The translations under genes were made by a program, and so were the position numbers. Positions 45,112 to 56,366 of a stretch of DNA of 64,000 nucleotides are shown piece by piece. Location of the stretch: the NCBI GenBank assembly GCA_048013815.1, contig CM106585.1:1612001-1676000 (forward strand), read 5' to 3'. The notes under the pieces are model-generated. The model saw nothing but the letters and a program-made list of their open reading frames with translations, was not told where the DNA came from and ran no database searches. This stretch comes from Setoptus koraiensis. Taxonomy: Eukaryota > Animalia > Arthropoda. How positions within the stretch are numbered: the first letter of the stretch is position 1; each line of letters opens with the position of its first letter.

Positions 45112-48060
45112 CTGGGCCGTTTCAAATTCGCGTCCCGGTGACGGTGTCAATTATTCAAATCAACCACAATTGGTCCATTGAATGGCGGCTTAAATAACAA
45201 GTGCACATCGCTGCTAGTGACGGTTAACTGGTGAACAAGTGTCAAAGTATTGAGCTGTTGTTGTCACTTGCTCTGCCAGCATCAAAATGGAATTTGTTTA
45301 CATTTACATGTATTTTTTAATCATTAAGTGACAGTGACGCCTAATTAGTCTGCACATAGGCCGGCTCTAATCACGTGCTGGCCCAAGAGATAAGTGATTG
45401 GCGTGATTAGTGCCCATGATGCAGGCGCACTGGCCCAGAATATTTGTGCTATACCTTTGTTAGGTGTGCCCAAATTCAGTTAATAGCTGACAAACAGTTA
45501 ATAGCTGGCAAATTTGAGTAAACATTGTTAGCGAGACTAATGGCTACACATAGAGCGGCATGCGGATAACGTAGAACGTGACCTCCGATGGTCGAGTCCG
45601 CCAGTCGCTGGCTTATATACGAGCCGTCACGAGTAGTGATGATTAGTGAGTGTCCAGTTTCTTGCACTTATTTGCTGCCAGTATCATTTTTGAGCCGCTC
45701 ACTCGTATTATACGAGTCGTGTAACCCCAAACGTTATGGCTCATACGGTGCGATATAACGAGGTCAATTGTAGCGTCTCGTTGTGTTATGTTGCTCGTTG
45801 TTTGTTGTTTGGTTGTTGTTGCTGATGCCAATTAATAATCAACAATAAGCTCGTGCTTGCTTATGTCAATTGTTGGTTTAGACAGGCCAGCGCGATGGCG
45901 ACCAAAGTCAACAAGAGGCTCACAAGTCGCCAGTTGCCGAAAGAATTCATATGTCATATGTCTCTCGTGTTGTGGGTCGCTCTTGTTGTGAGTCGGTTCA
46001 ATCACATTGCAATCACATCAGCGCCGGTATTTCCGTAAAATATCGATCTATCGATTTTATAGCCATTTGCATATCTATCGGTTACGTAAGTGTCGAAACG
46101 AACGATTGACGCTGCGCTTGCACTTTCACTGGAGGTGCATGTTGACCGCACTAATTGCACCGCTCATCAGTGCAAACATCAGTGGCTCATCAGTGGCCAA
46201 GTAAGAGCACTACCAATGCAACCAATGCAACCAATGCAACCAATGCAACCAATTGCAACAGCCAATGCTGATCAATGTTTGTTATGATTGGTATCATCAC
46301 ATACATTTGTGTGTGCCGGCCGGACAAGGGCCCAATTATAGAATGAGTGATGCAACAACAAAAACAACCTCAAACAACAACAATTGAATGCTAGTTAAAA
46401 CACTAGTTCAACATTGAGCAATCGTCACATAACATTTGTTCGTGTACATTTGTCCCTCATAGCTGAGCGCTATCTCGCCGCAAAGCCCCTCGCCCAACGA
46501 GCCAACGAGCCAACGAGCCAACGAGCCAATGAGTCCAATGAGCCCAGTCAGCCTAATCAGCGATCGTCCAACGAAACATACTGAATTTGATGGCCAGAGA
46601 TCTGGCCAGGTCAGCATTGTGGTATATGTGTGCATTATAGGGCAAGTTGGTTGGTCGGTGCACTGAATTGAATTGCTTCGAATTGAAGTGAATTGAATTG
46701 CTTCGAATTGAAGTGAATTGAATTGCATTGAATCGAGCGGCAGCGAATTGAAAAAGCGACCAACTTGAAACAGCCAACTTGTTGTGTGCAATCATTAATT
46801 AGCCATGCACGTTACGCACCGTACGCGCACTTACAATTTGCTAGACAATCCACGATAATTACGTGCCACAGAATTGTCCACAAAGTGACAACTGACCATC
46901 CAATCGACATTGTCGCCCATGCAACGGTCAGTGGGACGCCGGCGTCACCCAGCCAGCATTTAAATGAAAACAACATGGGACACTGTGGCTCATCTTTGCT
47001 CATTGTTATCGAGTGCCAATTTTTGCTGACAGGTCTTGCGCCTCGTGGTGGCCGGCGTGTCAATGTTGCCCACTCTGCGGCCCCTCGTCCAACCTCATCT
47101 ATCCATTCTTGTTGTGGCTCGATGCTTTATTTTGCCTGTATCCTGTGCTAGCACAATCGTGTCTCACAGCAGCGGCCGCCACTATATCGATCCATCATTT
47201 CGCTGACTAGGCAAAACTATCAATGATGCACCTTGTTCGACAACGCTCTTTTGGGGCGCTTTTGCGCGAAAAGCAAATTATTATTTTCAAGAGAGAGAGA
47301 GAGGCAGATTTTGTGTGTCGGGCTGCGATCGGGCTGAAATCTTTTTCGCAGCCCGCTCGAAATCTGCACAACAGCCTAGAGGGAGCCCAGGGGGCCGAGC
47401 AAGCCGACGACTGGCCGATCGTGTTAAAAACGGCGAGCAATTCATGAACATCCCATTTGTAATGAACACCACGCGTCTTGTTCCAGGCAATGCCAATATT
47501 CATCCATGAATAGGGCGCATGTTTAGTGTGTGTGTGCGCGATAAACGTAAAGAGTTGAGAAAGGAAGTGGCAAATTACGCAACACGAGACGACATGACAC
47601 AGAGACAAAATCGTGAGACGGGCGCCGCCGGACAGGAAATTAAACAACGCCGTTGCGATTGAGCATTGAGATTGGTGAAGCGTGAACAATATTGGCCGCC
47701 GGCTGCCCGTTGCCCGCCAGTCAGCTTGCCACGAGCCAGCCCGCCCGCCACGAGCAAGCCCGCCCGCCACGAGCCAGCCAGCCAGCCAAGCGACCAGTTG
47801 GTGGATCAGATTGGGCACAGATATTGTGTTTGCGCGCTTGTTGTGGACACAGGCAAACACACAAGCGACAGCCAGGGATTATTGATGATGATTTGGCGCT
47901 GATGGATTGAATCGGTTGCCAATGCGGTTGGCCGGTCGTCCGATGCGCACACATTGCGGCCTGTCATCTCTTCTACAAGGATAAACAGCTTGCTAATAGC
48001 TACTCGTCGTCTTGAGCTGCTCACTTGGCCACAGATATTGCAAGAGAGCGGACAGGTAAT

Positions 48061-48092
<32 letters not shown>

Positions 48093-50442
48093 GTGCTAAC
48101 AGCAACACCGGCACCTCGTTCAATCGGGCCATTGCGCTATTTCCGGTTTGTGTTGCCCACAAACCGTGTGAGCCCAGTTAGACTTACAACCAGTCAGCTG
48201 TGCGTCATGTTGTGCTGGCCGGTTGAATTGGCAACCTGGTGACATTACGACAACAACAGCAACAACAACAACAACAACTCTCTTGGTGGTGATCGCAACG
48301 GGCCGGCCTCATACTGGCAGCGCTGGCCAGTATCGGCCAGGCAATATTGGCCAGGCCACAAAGAGCGGGCACATCGGCGGCCAGCCAACATCGGGTGGGC
48401 AATATCAGGCGGGCAACGTAGTTAGAGATGGACATTAGAAACACAGATCATGATTGGATTAGTTGCGTGCGCTAGGCGAACTACTTGTGGGGCCAAATAA
48501 CCAGCAACAACAACGACAACAACATGCCGTTATATAGAGCAGGTAATGCCAGCGTGAGTGAGAGTCAGCTACAACTTTAAGACAGCCACACGCTGGCCTC
48601 TCCATCTCGGGCGCATAAGCTGCGGTGGTCGCTTTTGTTGTAATTCTCTCTCTCTCTCGCTCGCTCTCATCGAACGGGAACGTGAACGTTAAATAACGTA
48701 CGCGATTGTTTATTTTCTCACTGGCACACAAACAACAACAACAACAACAACAACTGCACACACACTTGCACAAATTGTCCAACATTATGCAATGCTGAAT
48801 TTTATTATGCAGGTATTAAATAACACACACACACACAACTATGCAACATGAGGGGCCAACAACATTGATCAAATGGCAACAATAACCTATGGCCAGTTTA
48901 GTCGCGTGATGCAATCTTTGAATCAACTACACGCACATCCTCATACACACGTTGCGCGTTCGCTCTGGTTAGACAACTTGAGCAATCACTATCCGTGTCT
49001 TTCACTTAGCACGTATCAGTACGTACACATGAAATGTTGTTGTTGTTGTGCTGTTGGTGCCGTTGTGCTGTTGGTGCTGTTGTTGCTGTTTGTTGCAACT
49101 GTAACCCGGCCGAACCAAAAGTAAGATGGCAAAGAGCGGGACAACAAATCAAGTAATGGATGCGAACATGATCATTTAATCATAATGCTCTCTCTCTCTC
49201 GCGCGCGCGCGCTCGCTCGCCGTCTTCCTCTATGAAAACTAAACATTTTTGGTTAGACGACACCGGGGCCGCCGTTATTTTGTCATTTGGCTCTCCAAAC
49301 GTCAAGCTTCTCGTCGCAAGTTGCATGCATCTCTTGTTGTAGCATACAACTTGTATGTATGCATCGCCATGATAAACAACATATATATACAGCAACTCGA
49401 TCGATTACACGCATGAGAATGTGTGTGTATGTGTCCTTGTTGGTCCAACTGGCTAGTCCACTGGTATATATGCAAACCATTGATCATGCCTCTGCAACCG
49501 CCATATACAATCCTGATGATAAGAGTGGTCTTGCCATGCTGTCCACTATGTTGCTCATGTTTTTTGTGCTGTTTTTTCCCTCTTTCCCTCTTTGCCATGT
49601 TCCTCTCGCAACTAGCTACGCCATCGATGGAACCAGAAGATGCTTATCTTGTGGTCATCGGGGTAGTTATGATGCTCAAAAGCAGCCAACAACATTGTCG
49701 ACAACAACAACCGTTCAAATTTCAATTGCATTCATACACACACAGCAACCACGACATGTCCACATGAATAAATGAATCGATGTCCACATACACAGTAGAT
49801 GGATGGATTGACAATCCAGTGTGTATGTGTTTACTTATTTGGTCGATTGCTCATGTTATATTTTTTTTCCCTCGTTGCTGGACATAAGCAGTTAAGTTTG
49901 TGGCCTCATTCTATTTCTATGAAAAATGTTGCAGTTCACAGTGAATTTCCTCTGTAACATAATGATAACACAACGACAAACAGCGCCAACCAATGTAAAC
50001 GCAAACACAATTTGTCATCTGGTCATCAGGGTCACATCCAGCCGCAGACTAATTCCATGACGACAATCACATCAGATGGGATTGATATAGTAATGAATAG
50101 CCCTATCTATCTCTTATTTGTCCCTGTGCGCCTCTAGGCGCTTCTATATGCTGCTATTCGTCTTTATATGTTGACACAATAGCGACAACAAGACTTTCTA
50201 TCTGTCTATATATCTTAAAAGCAACAACACTCGCAATTTGGCTGTAAATCACGTTGTTAGTCGAGCCTCTTACAGTGAACTGTTATGTGCAGTGGATGTG
50301 TAAATACGTATAATGGTCTTAGAAGTAAAAGCAATTTGAGAGAAACGATTGCGTCAAGATACGGAAAGTAGAACGGGAACGAACAAAGTAAAAATAACGA
50401 GAGCAATTAGTTCTCGGATAGCTAACAAATCAGGGAACTTAC

Positions 50443-50785
50443 CTTTCTGATGTATCGGGAATAAGCCACCCAATAAAATATCGCCAGCTAATGTCACCTT
50501 GTCGGAGGTGCGCGTGGTATGTCGTGCACCGTGAACCAAAAGTAATTTGGGCACCACGAAAGACGAGATAGACAGTAGAAGAAAGGCGAATATTGAACAT
50601 AGAAACAAATAGGGTACTGTATGGTACTTTGAAAATGTTGTTTTGCTAGTGGTGGTTGTTTGCACTGGGGCCGAACAGTTACTCTTAGTTGGCCCACTGC
50701 TGTCATCATAACAATTGGGACAGCCAGACACTGTGTTGGTACATAATGGACAATTAACAGGCAATGCAGTTTTCTTCAATCTCAT
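50443..50785 (-). CDS. mGluR: Metabotropic glutamate receptor, coding exon 1 (N-terminal extension, signal segment, start of Venus flytrap)
   Basis: ATG in TAATC-ATG context. Hydrophobic YLFLCSIFAFLLLSISSFVV is followed by KVTLAGDILLGGLFPIHQKG, the hallmark first strand of family-C GPCRs. Ends at the GTAAGT donor after 114 codons + 1 nt. The exact start is less certain than the 3' end. Confidence 0.9.
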
Positions 50786-50855
50786 GATTACACTTTTTAT
50801 TATTATTTTATATATATAATATATATACTAATTTATTATTGTATCAATTATTATA
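50786..50855 (-). terminator. 70-bp AT-rich spacer with two AATAAA poly(A) signals (50837-50832, 50801-50796) and a TATAAAA (50812-50806)
   Basis: Motifs read directly; 6 of 70 bases are G/C. Function inferred. Confidence 0.45.
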
Positions 50856-53800
50856 CTATTGCAGCGATTGTTGTTGTTGTTGTTGCTGCTGCTGCTGTTG
50901 TTGTTGTTGTTGTTGCGGTTGTTGATGTTGTTGTTGTTGCATGAGTTGGTTTTGTTGATCTTGCTGCTGTTCTTGTTGTTGTTGCTGCTGTTGTTGTTGT
51001 AGATAGAGTTGATTTTGTGTTCGCTCCCGATGCTCGTTGACATAATCGCCAATCAAGTTTACAATTTGATATGAGTAACGGCGTTCACGATCACAATTCA
51101 TAAGATCTTCTTGAACTTGAGTTAATTCGCCACGCAAAAGCTTATTTCTCTCCTCATTCTCGCGCACTTGTCTCAACAAATTCTCCTTGCTAACTTTGGC
51201 TTCTTCGCTTTCGCGCAAGGAGTCCTTCAATTGCAATTGAAGTCTCTTGTTTTGTTTGATAAGATCCTCTTTTTGTTTGCCGCTGTTGTCCATTTGCAGT
51301 TGTAACTCATTGAAATCGGCCTCAATCTTCTTTCTAGCAGTTAGAGCTGCGGATCTTTGCTTGCGCTCATCCTCGAGCTCGCTTTCCAAATCGCGCACTT
51401 GGCGCATGTACGTCCTGCGCTGTTCCTCCGATTGTTGGTCACGCGCTTGCAAGTCTCTTTCGTGCTGACTTTTTAATGCTTGCATATTAACCTCTAACCT
51501 GAGCTTAGCGTCCTCGGCCATTTGTAGATCATCCTCTAATTCTTCGATGTGAGTCCTCTGTTCGGCTACCTGCGTCTCAAGGCTTCGTTTCGCCTTCTCC
51601 AAATCGTGGACATTCTTATCTGTGGCACCCTGATTATTGACCAGATCATCCAATTCTGTCTGAAGCTGGCGTCTATTCCTCTCGATATCCTCTATTTGTT
51701 GATCTTTCTCATCTAAAATTCTGGTTAGTGTTAAAATCTTGGATTCCTTATCGCGGGCCTCAGTTTCGGCTAGATCACGCTCCTGAGTAAATCTTTGACT
51801 TAGTGCTTTCTCTTCTGCAAGTAATGAATCGAATTTTCGTTGTTTCTTCTCTAACTCGCTAATTCTGGCACTTTTAGCTTCCAATTCAACAATCTGATCC
51901 TCAGAGTCTGATTGCAATTTCTTTTTTGATTTCTCTGATTTACTCAAATTAGCAACGGCCTCATCAAGTTTGTTCTGTAGAGCTTCACAGTCCTGCTTGA
52001 GACGTTTACAACGTTCTTCACAATGACCAAGTAATTCTTTATCTTCATTGTGCTTACGTTCAGATTCGGCTAGTTGTTGCTGTAATAAATCTCGATGTTT
52101 CTCGGTTTGTTGTCGCAATTCGGTGGCTTCCTCGAGTTGATCATGCAGTGCCTCTTTCTCACTTTCTAATTGTCTCAAACGGGAACTGAGAGCTAACTTT
52201 TGCTTAGTTTCTTCATTAAGTACCTCTTGAACTTCGGCCAAGGTAGCCTCTAAAGTGGCGGAACTCTTGGACGCGGCGCTCGCCTTTCTATCTATCTCCT
52301 CAAGCTGTTGAGATGCGAACTCGAGTTCACCTTGCAACTTGTTTATCCTGTCCAAAGTTTCCAATTTAGATCGCTCGGAATCTGCATACTTGGTGCTGAG
52401 CTCCTGAACAGCCAACTCAAGTTGCTTTTTACGCCTCTCATTTTCCTGCCTGCTAGCATTCAGCATTTTGATCTCGTTGGCCATATCGGCATTGTCCGCC
52501 TCAAGAGTTGCCTTGGCTTTTTCTAGAGCAGTTTTGGTTTTTTTGGCATTATCCAATTGTTCATTAAGCTCGTCTAGCATTTTCGCGTGCTTAGCTCGTA
52601 AATCTGCAATCTGGGCATTGTGTACGTTGATCTCATCCTCAAGATTCTTCTTCAAGGCACCAACCTCTTGTTCGCGTTGAACCGTAAGCTGCTGCTGGGT
52701 GGTTGTCACATCATAAGAATCCATCAACTGCGTTTGAAGAGCTTCGAACTCTTCTTTTAAGTTTCGGCGCTCTTTCTCAATCTTGGACCTATGGTGCTTC
52801 TCACTGTCGAGATCCTCTTGCAGTTCAACAATTTGAGACTCGGCCTCGCGAAGAGTTTTCTGTGCTTGTGCATTCGCGGTGCTTTCTTCGTCACATTTCA
52901 ATAATGCTTGGGATAGCTCTTCATCTCGTTTGCTGAGAACCAGTTGTAGATCATCAAACTGCATTTTCCGCTCGTTGAGTTGATCTTTTAGATCGACCAA
53001 TTCTGATTCCAAACGACGCTTTGCGGCCTCCAAGTCCGCCCTTAACTGTTGTTCTTTCCTCATACGATCCTCGAGATCGTTTATTGAGCCCTCAAGCTTA
53101 ATTCTTATTTTGGTCAACTGTTTCACTTTGTCCTCATCTTGTGTTTGCTGTTGGGAAATCTCGATCAACTTATCCTCGATAACACGCTTTTCTTTGTGCA
53201 ATTTGTTATTGGTGTCCTCGACAATAGCAAATTCCTCCTCAAGTTTCTTGATTTTATTATCTAGAGCAACTTTTTCTAACTGAAGTTTCTGCTTAGCACT
53301 CTCTTCCTCAGCCAAAGATTCTTCTAGATCGGCAATCTGCATTTGCATCTTCTTTTTATCTTGCATCAATACTTGGTTGCGTTCCTCCTCTTCTTCAATT
53401 CGAGTCTCCAAGTCTCGTACAATTTCCTCGAGTTCGGTCTTTTTCTGTACCAATCTCAGACGAGCCTCCTCTGTTTCCGAACACAAATCGGTTTCCTGCT
53501 GCAGTTGATCGGCGATGGTGTTCTTTTCTTCCAGCACTTGAACTAGTTTCTTTTCCATTTCTCTCATTTCAAAATCTGATTTATCCAACTTTTCCTTAAT
53601 CTGACGTAATTCGTCGTCTTTTGCCATGATTTGGCGATCTATATCAGCAACAGGTAGTAGAGGTTTCACCTTGGTATAGAGTCTCCACCATGACCAATTG
53701 CGAAGCTTCAAGTAAGCAGCGCAATTACGCTGGAGAATACGTATAGCATTTAGCTGTTGAAGCCGCTTCTGATAGTTGCGTCTGGCCAATAAGCCTCTGC

Positions 53801-56366
53801 AGCTAGCCTGGAAGTTCACAATTAGATCAGAGATTTTTACGTCACGTTCCTCTTCCAAATGAGCCAACACTCCAGCCCGGAAAAAGATCTTGCTTTGACC
53901 AATCCTATACAAGTTAGCTTCCAACTCTAATGCTTTGATCATTCTTTCACAGGCCAGCTTGCCATCCATGAATCCTTTAGGTATAGCATTGGGTGTTAAT
54001 AACTCATATCGTTGACGATACTCTTGAAATGGGACTCGATTGGGAAAACCTTGACGGCAAATTCTAATACCTTCGAGCACACCGTTGCAACGCAACTGAT
54101 CCAAAACTAATGGGGCACATATTTTTCCCGCTCTCTTCTCATGGTTGGGTATTATACAGCGGACGAAGTTGGGATTCGTATTTCTGAGCGTACCCATTAG
54201 TCGAGCTAGTTGATCTTTGTACAATTGACTGACTGTCCTGAACATCCCCTTTCGTGTTCGCATATTTCCAAACGGAGGCTGTGCAGAGTCATTTAAAGTG
54301 GCTAGTCCCATTCCAACGATCTCGGCATCCTTCCAAATGTTAAGAACAAAAGGAACCTGAGAGGCTTGCAATAATGAAACGACGTTCTCGTTGAGAGGGT
54401 CCATATTTTTCATCAACCATTGCGTGGCTGAGTAATCTACTTTACCAGCGTAATGAGTGATACTGAAATCCGCGGTTGACTTGAAGTCGGACTTGATAAA
54501 TTTAGGATGCTGTTGATGAGATGTCACTAACTTCTCGACGAATGTTTTGTCCGTGGCTTTTGGAAACCAACAGTCTTCATCTAATAGTGCCATGATACCC
54601 ATGGGCTTCTCAATCAAATCAATAGTTGGTTGTAGATCCAAGCCAAAGTCAATGAACTTCCATTGGATACCTTCTCTTTGGTATTCTTCTTGTTCGAGAA
54701 CGAACATTGTATGATTGAAGAGTTGTTGAAGCTTCTCATTGGTGTAATTTATGCACAATTGTTCGAACGAATTCATTTCGAATATCTCGAACCCAGCAAT
54801 GTCAAGGATACCTATAAATGACGCCCCTTGTCGCTTCGTCCTATCAAGGGATTTGTTGATACGATGCACAAGCCAGTCGAACATTCTCTTGTAACATGCC
54901 TTTGTTATGGCCTCTACTGCGCTTTCGACTTGTTCCTTAGTTTGAGCTTTTGTTACATAATCCCTACCAACTTTCAAGCGAGGCTTGAGGAATGCTTTGG
55001 TCATTTCCGTGACATTCAGCCCCAAAAGATGGCTCACTTTCTGTGCAACAGTATTGTCAGGTAGAGTAGCCTGATCAGAGTTTCGCTCTTGTTTGAATTT
55101 CATGTTTCCGAATAGCATCACGGCAGACACCACTCGAAAGATGGCACTTAGCTCTTCGTTGTCGAGGCCCATTATCCTCATTGCTTGGACAGTCGACTTG
55201 AATTCCAACGCATCATCTACACCTTGAACGGGTAAAGCTCCGTTGGTTAAAAAGGTATAGTTGCGGACGTCTTCTAAAAGAAACTCCTGCCTTTGTTCGG
55301 CAGTTGCCCCATTCAAGAATTGGTAATAGATGTGGAACGACCGCTCATCTTGAGCTTGCCTAACTGTACGAGATTTCTCAAGGAGGTACGTTTCAATGTT
55401 AGCTCCAGCCATGTAACCAGATGCATCAAAGTTGACACGTATGAATTTACCAAATCGTGATGAGTTATCATTTTTTACAGTTTTAGCATTACCGAAAGCC
55501 TCAAGTATTGGATTGGCTTGCAACAACTGTTGCTCTAGCTCACCGGAATGCAAATAAGCTGATGTTGGGGTTTGTGGCGTCGACGTGCCCAAATTAGAAT
55601 TATTATTTGTCGTGGGTGTCTCTGGTAATGAGGGCACTTCAGATTTAATACTAATACTGTGTTGACCATTTGTTTGGATAGGTGTCATTAACTGTATACC
55701 ACCATTTTGTTGTTGCAAAAGATTGGGTATAGAGGTGACAGATGAGGTTGGTGTTGAGGCTTGAGTAGAGTTTCTTGGTTTTGAAGAGGCCACATATGCC
55801 AGATATTGTATAACCTTCTTAGTATTCTCTGTTTTGCCGGCACCAGATTCTCCTGTACATAGTATTGATTGATCTTCGCGATCTTGCAACATTGATCTGT
55901 AGGCACTGTCAGTGACTGCAAATATATGTGGTGGCACTTCATGACGTTTTTTGCCTTTGTACAACTCTATAACTTTATCTATGTAAATTGGTAATCTTCT
56001 ATATGGATTAACAACTACACAAAACAAACCAGAATAGGTATAAATTAAGCCACTGTAATAACGATCTTTCAAGTTGTGCAATACAGATGCTTCGTTGAGG
56101 CAAGTTAATTCGGCCATATCTTCTACTTTGTCGAACTTGGGCGGATTCATTTTTTGCACATCGTCCTTGTTTATGTTGACCCTCTTGCCCGTTTCCATAA
56201 TCTCGACCTCAAATTCGTCGCCCTTCTCTGCCTTAATACTGGCAGCGGTGAAGCCATTTGTTTCGTGAGGTATCCACACAAGGCGTTTAGCAGCAAATTC
56301 CGCCTGTTGACTGGGGTCATTAACGACATTCTTGTCCACTACTAGATATTTGAGTAATTCGGGCAT
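50856..56366 (-). CDS. zip: Non-muscle myosin II heavy chain (zipper/MYH9-10-like), single ORF, C-terminally truncated rod with polyQ tail
   Basis: 1836-aa ORF: N-terminal KYL.V...[33 protein letters not shown]-loop GESGAGKT, switch I NDNSSRFG, switch [28 protein letters not shown], two IQ motifs and a long heptad rod. AAATC-ATG start context. Confidence 0.96.
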   Translation of the reverse strand: MPELLKYLVVDKNVVNDPSQQAEFAAKRLVWIPHETNGFTAASIKAEKGDEFEVEIMETGKRVNINKDDVQKMNPPKFDKVEDMAELTCLNEASVLHNLKDRYYSGLIYTYSGLFCVVVNPYRRLPIYIDKVIELYKGKKRHEVPPHIFAVTDSAYRSMLQDREDQSILCTGESGAGKTENTKKVIQYLAYVASSKPRNSTQASTPTSSVTSIPNLLQQQNGGIQLMTPIQTNGQHSISIKSEVPSLPETPTTNNNSNLGTSTPQTPTSAYLHSGELEQQLLQANPILEAFGNAKTVKNDNSSRFGKFIRVNFDASGYMAGANIETYLLEKSRTVRQAQDERSFHIYYQFLNGATAEQRQEFLLEDVRNYTFLTNGALPVQGVDDALEFKSTVQAMRIMGLDNEELSAIFRVVSAVMLFGNMKFKQERNSDQATLPDNTVAQKVSHLLGLNVTEMTKAFLKPRLKVGRDYVTKAQTKEQVESAVEAITKACYKRMFDWLVHRINKSLDRTKRQGASFIGILDIAGFEIFEMNSFEQLCINYTNEKLQQLFNHTMFVLEQEEYQREGIQWKFIDFGLDLQPTIDLIEKPMGIMALLDEDCWFPKATDKTFVEKLVTSHQQHPKFIKSDFKSTADFSITHYAGKVDYSATQWLMKNMDPLNENVVSLLQASQVPFVLNIWKDAEIVGMGLATLNDSAQPPFGNMRTRKGMFRTVSQLYKDQLARLMGTLRNTNPNFVRCIIPNHEKRAGKICAPLVLDQLRCNGVLEGIRICRQGFPNRVPFQEYRQRYELLTPNAIPKGFMDGKLACERMIKALELEANLYRIGQSKIFFRAGVLAHLEEERDVKISDLIVNFQASCRGLLARRNYQKRLQQLNAIRILQRNCAAYLKLRNWSWWRLYTKVKPLLPVADIDRQIMAKDDELRQIKEKLDKSDFEMREMEKKLVQVLEEKNTIADQLQQETDLCSETEEARLRLVQKKTELEEIVRDLETRIEEEEERNQVLMQDKKKMQMQIADLEESLAEEESAKQKLQLEKVALDNKIKKLEEEFAIVEDTNNKLHKEKRVIEDKLIEISQQQTQDEDKVKQLTKIRIKLEGSINDLEDRMRKEQQLRADLEAAKRRLESELVDLKDQLNERKMQFDDLQLVLSKRDEELSQALLKCDEESTANAQAQKTLREAESQIVELQEDLDSEKHHRSKIEKERRNLKEEFEALQTQLMDSYDVTTTQQQLTVQREQEVGALKKNLEDEINVHNAQIADLRAKHAKMLDELNEQLDNAKKTKTALEKAKATLEADNADMANEIKMLNASRQENERRKKQLELAVQELSTKYADSERSKLETLDRINKLQGELEFASQQLEEIDRKASAASKSSATLEATLAEVQEVLNEETKQKLALSSRLRQLESEKEALHDQLEEATELRQQTEKHRDLLQQQLAESERKHNEDKELLGHCEERCKRLKQDCEALQNKLDEAVANLSKSEKSKKKLQSDSEDQIVELEAKSARISELEKKQRKFDSLLAEEKALSQRFTQERDLAETEARDKESKILTLTRILDEKDQQIEDIERNRRQLQTELDDLVNNQGATDKNVHDLEKAKRSLETQVAEQRTHIEELEDDLQMAEDAKLRLEVNMQALKSQHERDLQARDQQSEEQRRTYMRQVRDLESELEDERKQRSAALTARKKIEADFNELQLQMDNSGKQKEDLIKQNKRLQLQLKDSLRESEEAKVSKENLLRQVRENEERNKLLRGELTQVQEDLMNCDRERRYSYQIVNLIGDYVNEHRERTQNQLYLQQQQQQQQQEQQQDQQNQLMQQQQHQQPQQQQQQQQQQQQQQQQSLQ

